Positions 63,680 through 64,000 of a DNA stretch of 64,000 nucleotides are shown piece by piece. Position 1 is the first letter of the stretch. Each line of letters opens with the position of its first letter. Position numbers and translations under genes: made by a program. Below the pieces are notes generated by a model. It saw only the letters and a program-made list of their open reading frames with translations. It did no database searches and was not told where the DNA came from. This stretch comes from Camelus ferus (lineage: Eukaryota): positions 86,058,001-86,122,000 of the forward strand of contig NC_045696.1 in assembly GCF_009834535.1 (NCBI RefSeq). The letters are read 5' to 3'.

Positions 63680-63789
63680 ATCAGTAACGTTGGAGTTGAA
63701 ATAAATTGTAAATCAGTTTTATATGACAATATGATAATAAATAGAGCATCTATTCAAATCAGATGATGAACATCTCCGTGGATCAAAAC

Positions 63790-64000
63790 TGCCTGTCTGT
63801 CCAGCATCATTGCTTCTCTTAAACTTGGCAATCCTGCTGCACAGAATGGCTCAGAGTTCTCTGCACACAGGGCACGCTGTCTAGGGACTGTGCCTGTGCT
63901 CATAGTGCCATCTTTCTCGGGACATTCTTCCAGAAGTCCTTCTTCAATATATCCACCAACACTTCCCTAACATGTAGGCAATGTACTTTTCCTCCACTTT
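63790..64000 (+). mobile_element. L2 fragment
   Basis: ctgtgcctgtgctcatagtgccatctttctcgggacattcttcc resembles the L2 gcctttgcacatgctgttccctctgcctggaa motif. Confidence 0.45.

Noticed and set aside
1..64000. Prokaryotic or viral systems (CRISPR, operons, defence islands), NUMTs, rRNA/snRNA copies, CpG-island promoter
   Set aside because: The sequence is CpG-depleted mammalian DNA dominated by eutherian repeats. I saw none of the diagnostic sequences.

Overview
This is AT-rich, CpG-depleted, non-coding eutherian genomic DNA, either intergenic or deep intronic. It is almost certainly from a camelid (alpaca, llama or camel). The main evidence is a tRNA-Ala(AGC)-derived Vic-1-type SINE at 38941-39077, supported by cetartiodactyl-type Tigger2a, L1 and MER41-like insertions. 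I recognise no functional protein-coding exon, RNA gene or prokaryotic system. The ORF-track entries are short chance ORFs, many of them inside repeats. A large part of the window is decayed transposable elements: L1 of several ages, L2, L3/CR1, MIR, MaLR/ERVL/ERV1 LTRs, an ERV1 internal segment, and hAT-Charlie and Tigger DNA transposons, often nested. The notable observations are: (1) a ~850-bp fossil hAT (Charlie10/ZBED9-like) transposase on the minus strand at 55115-55970, whose recognisable frames the ORF track misses; (2) an intact MER41-like solo LTR with a 4-bp TSD, carrying a GAS (STAT) motif and an AP-1 motif; (3) two 'tail-only' retrotransposition scars, each a perfect 16-17-bp duplication around a few A/T bases; (4) a twin-primed, 5'-inverted L1 inside an L2>MIR>Tigger/L1 nest; (5) a pair of plus-strand candidate non-coding exons. 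Repeat subfamily names come from recalled consensus similarity, not from a search. Boundaries are approximate unless a TSD is given. I found no convincing new biological system.
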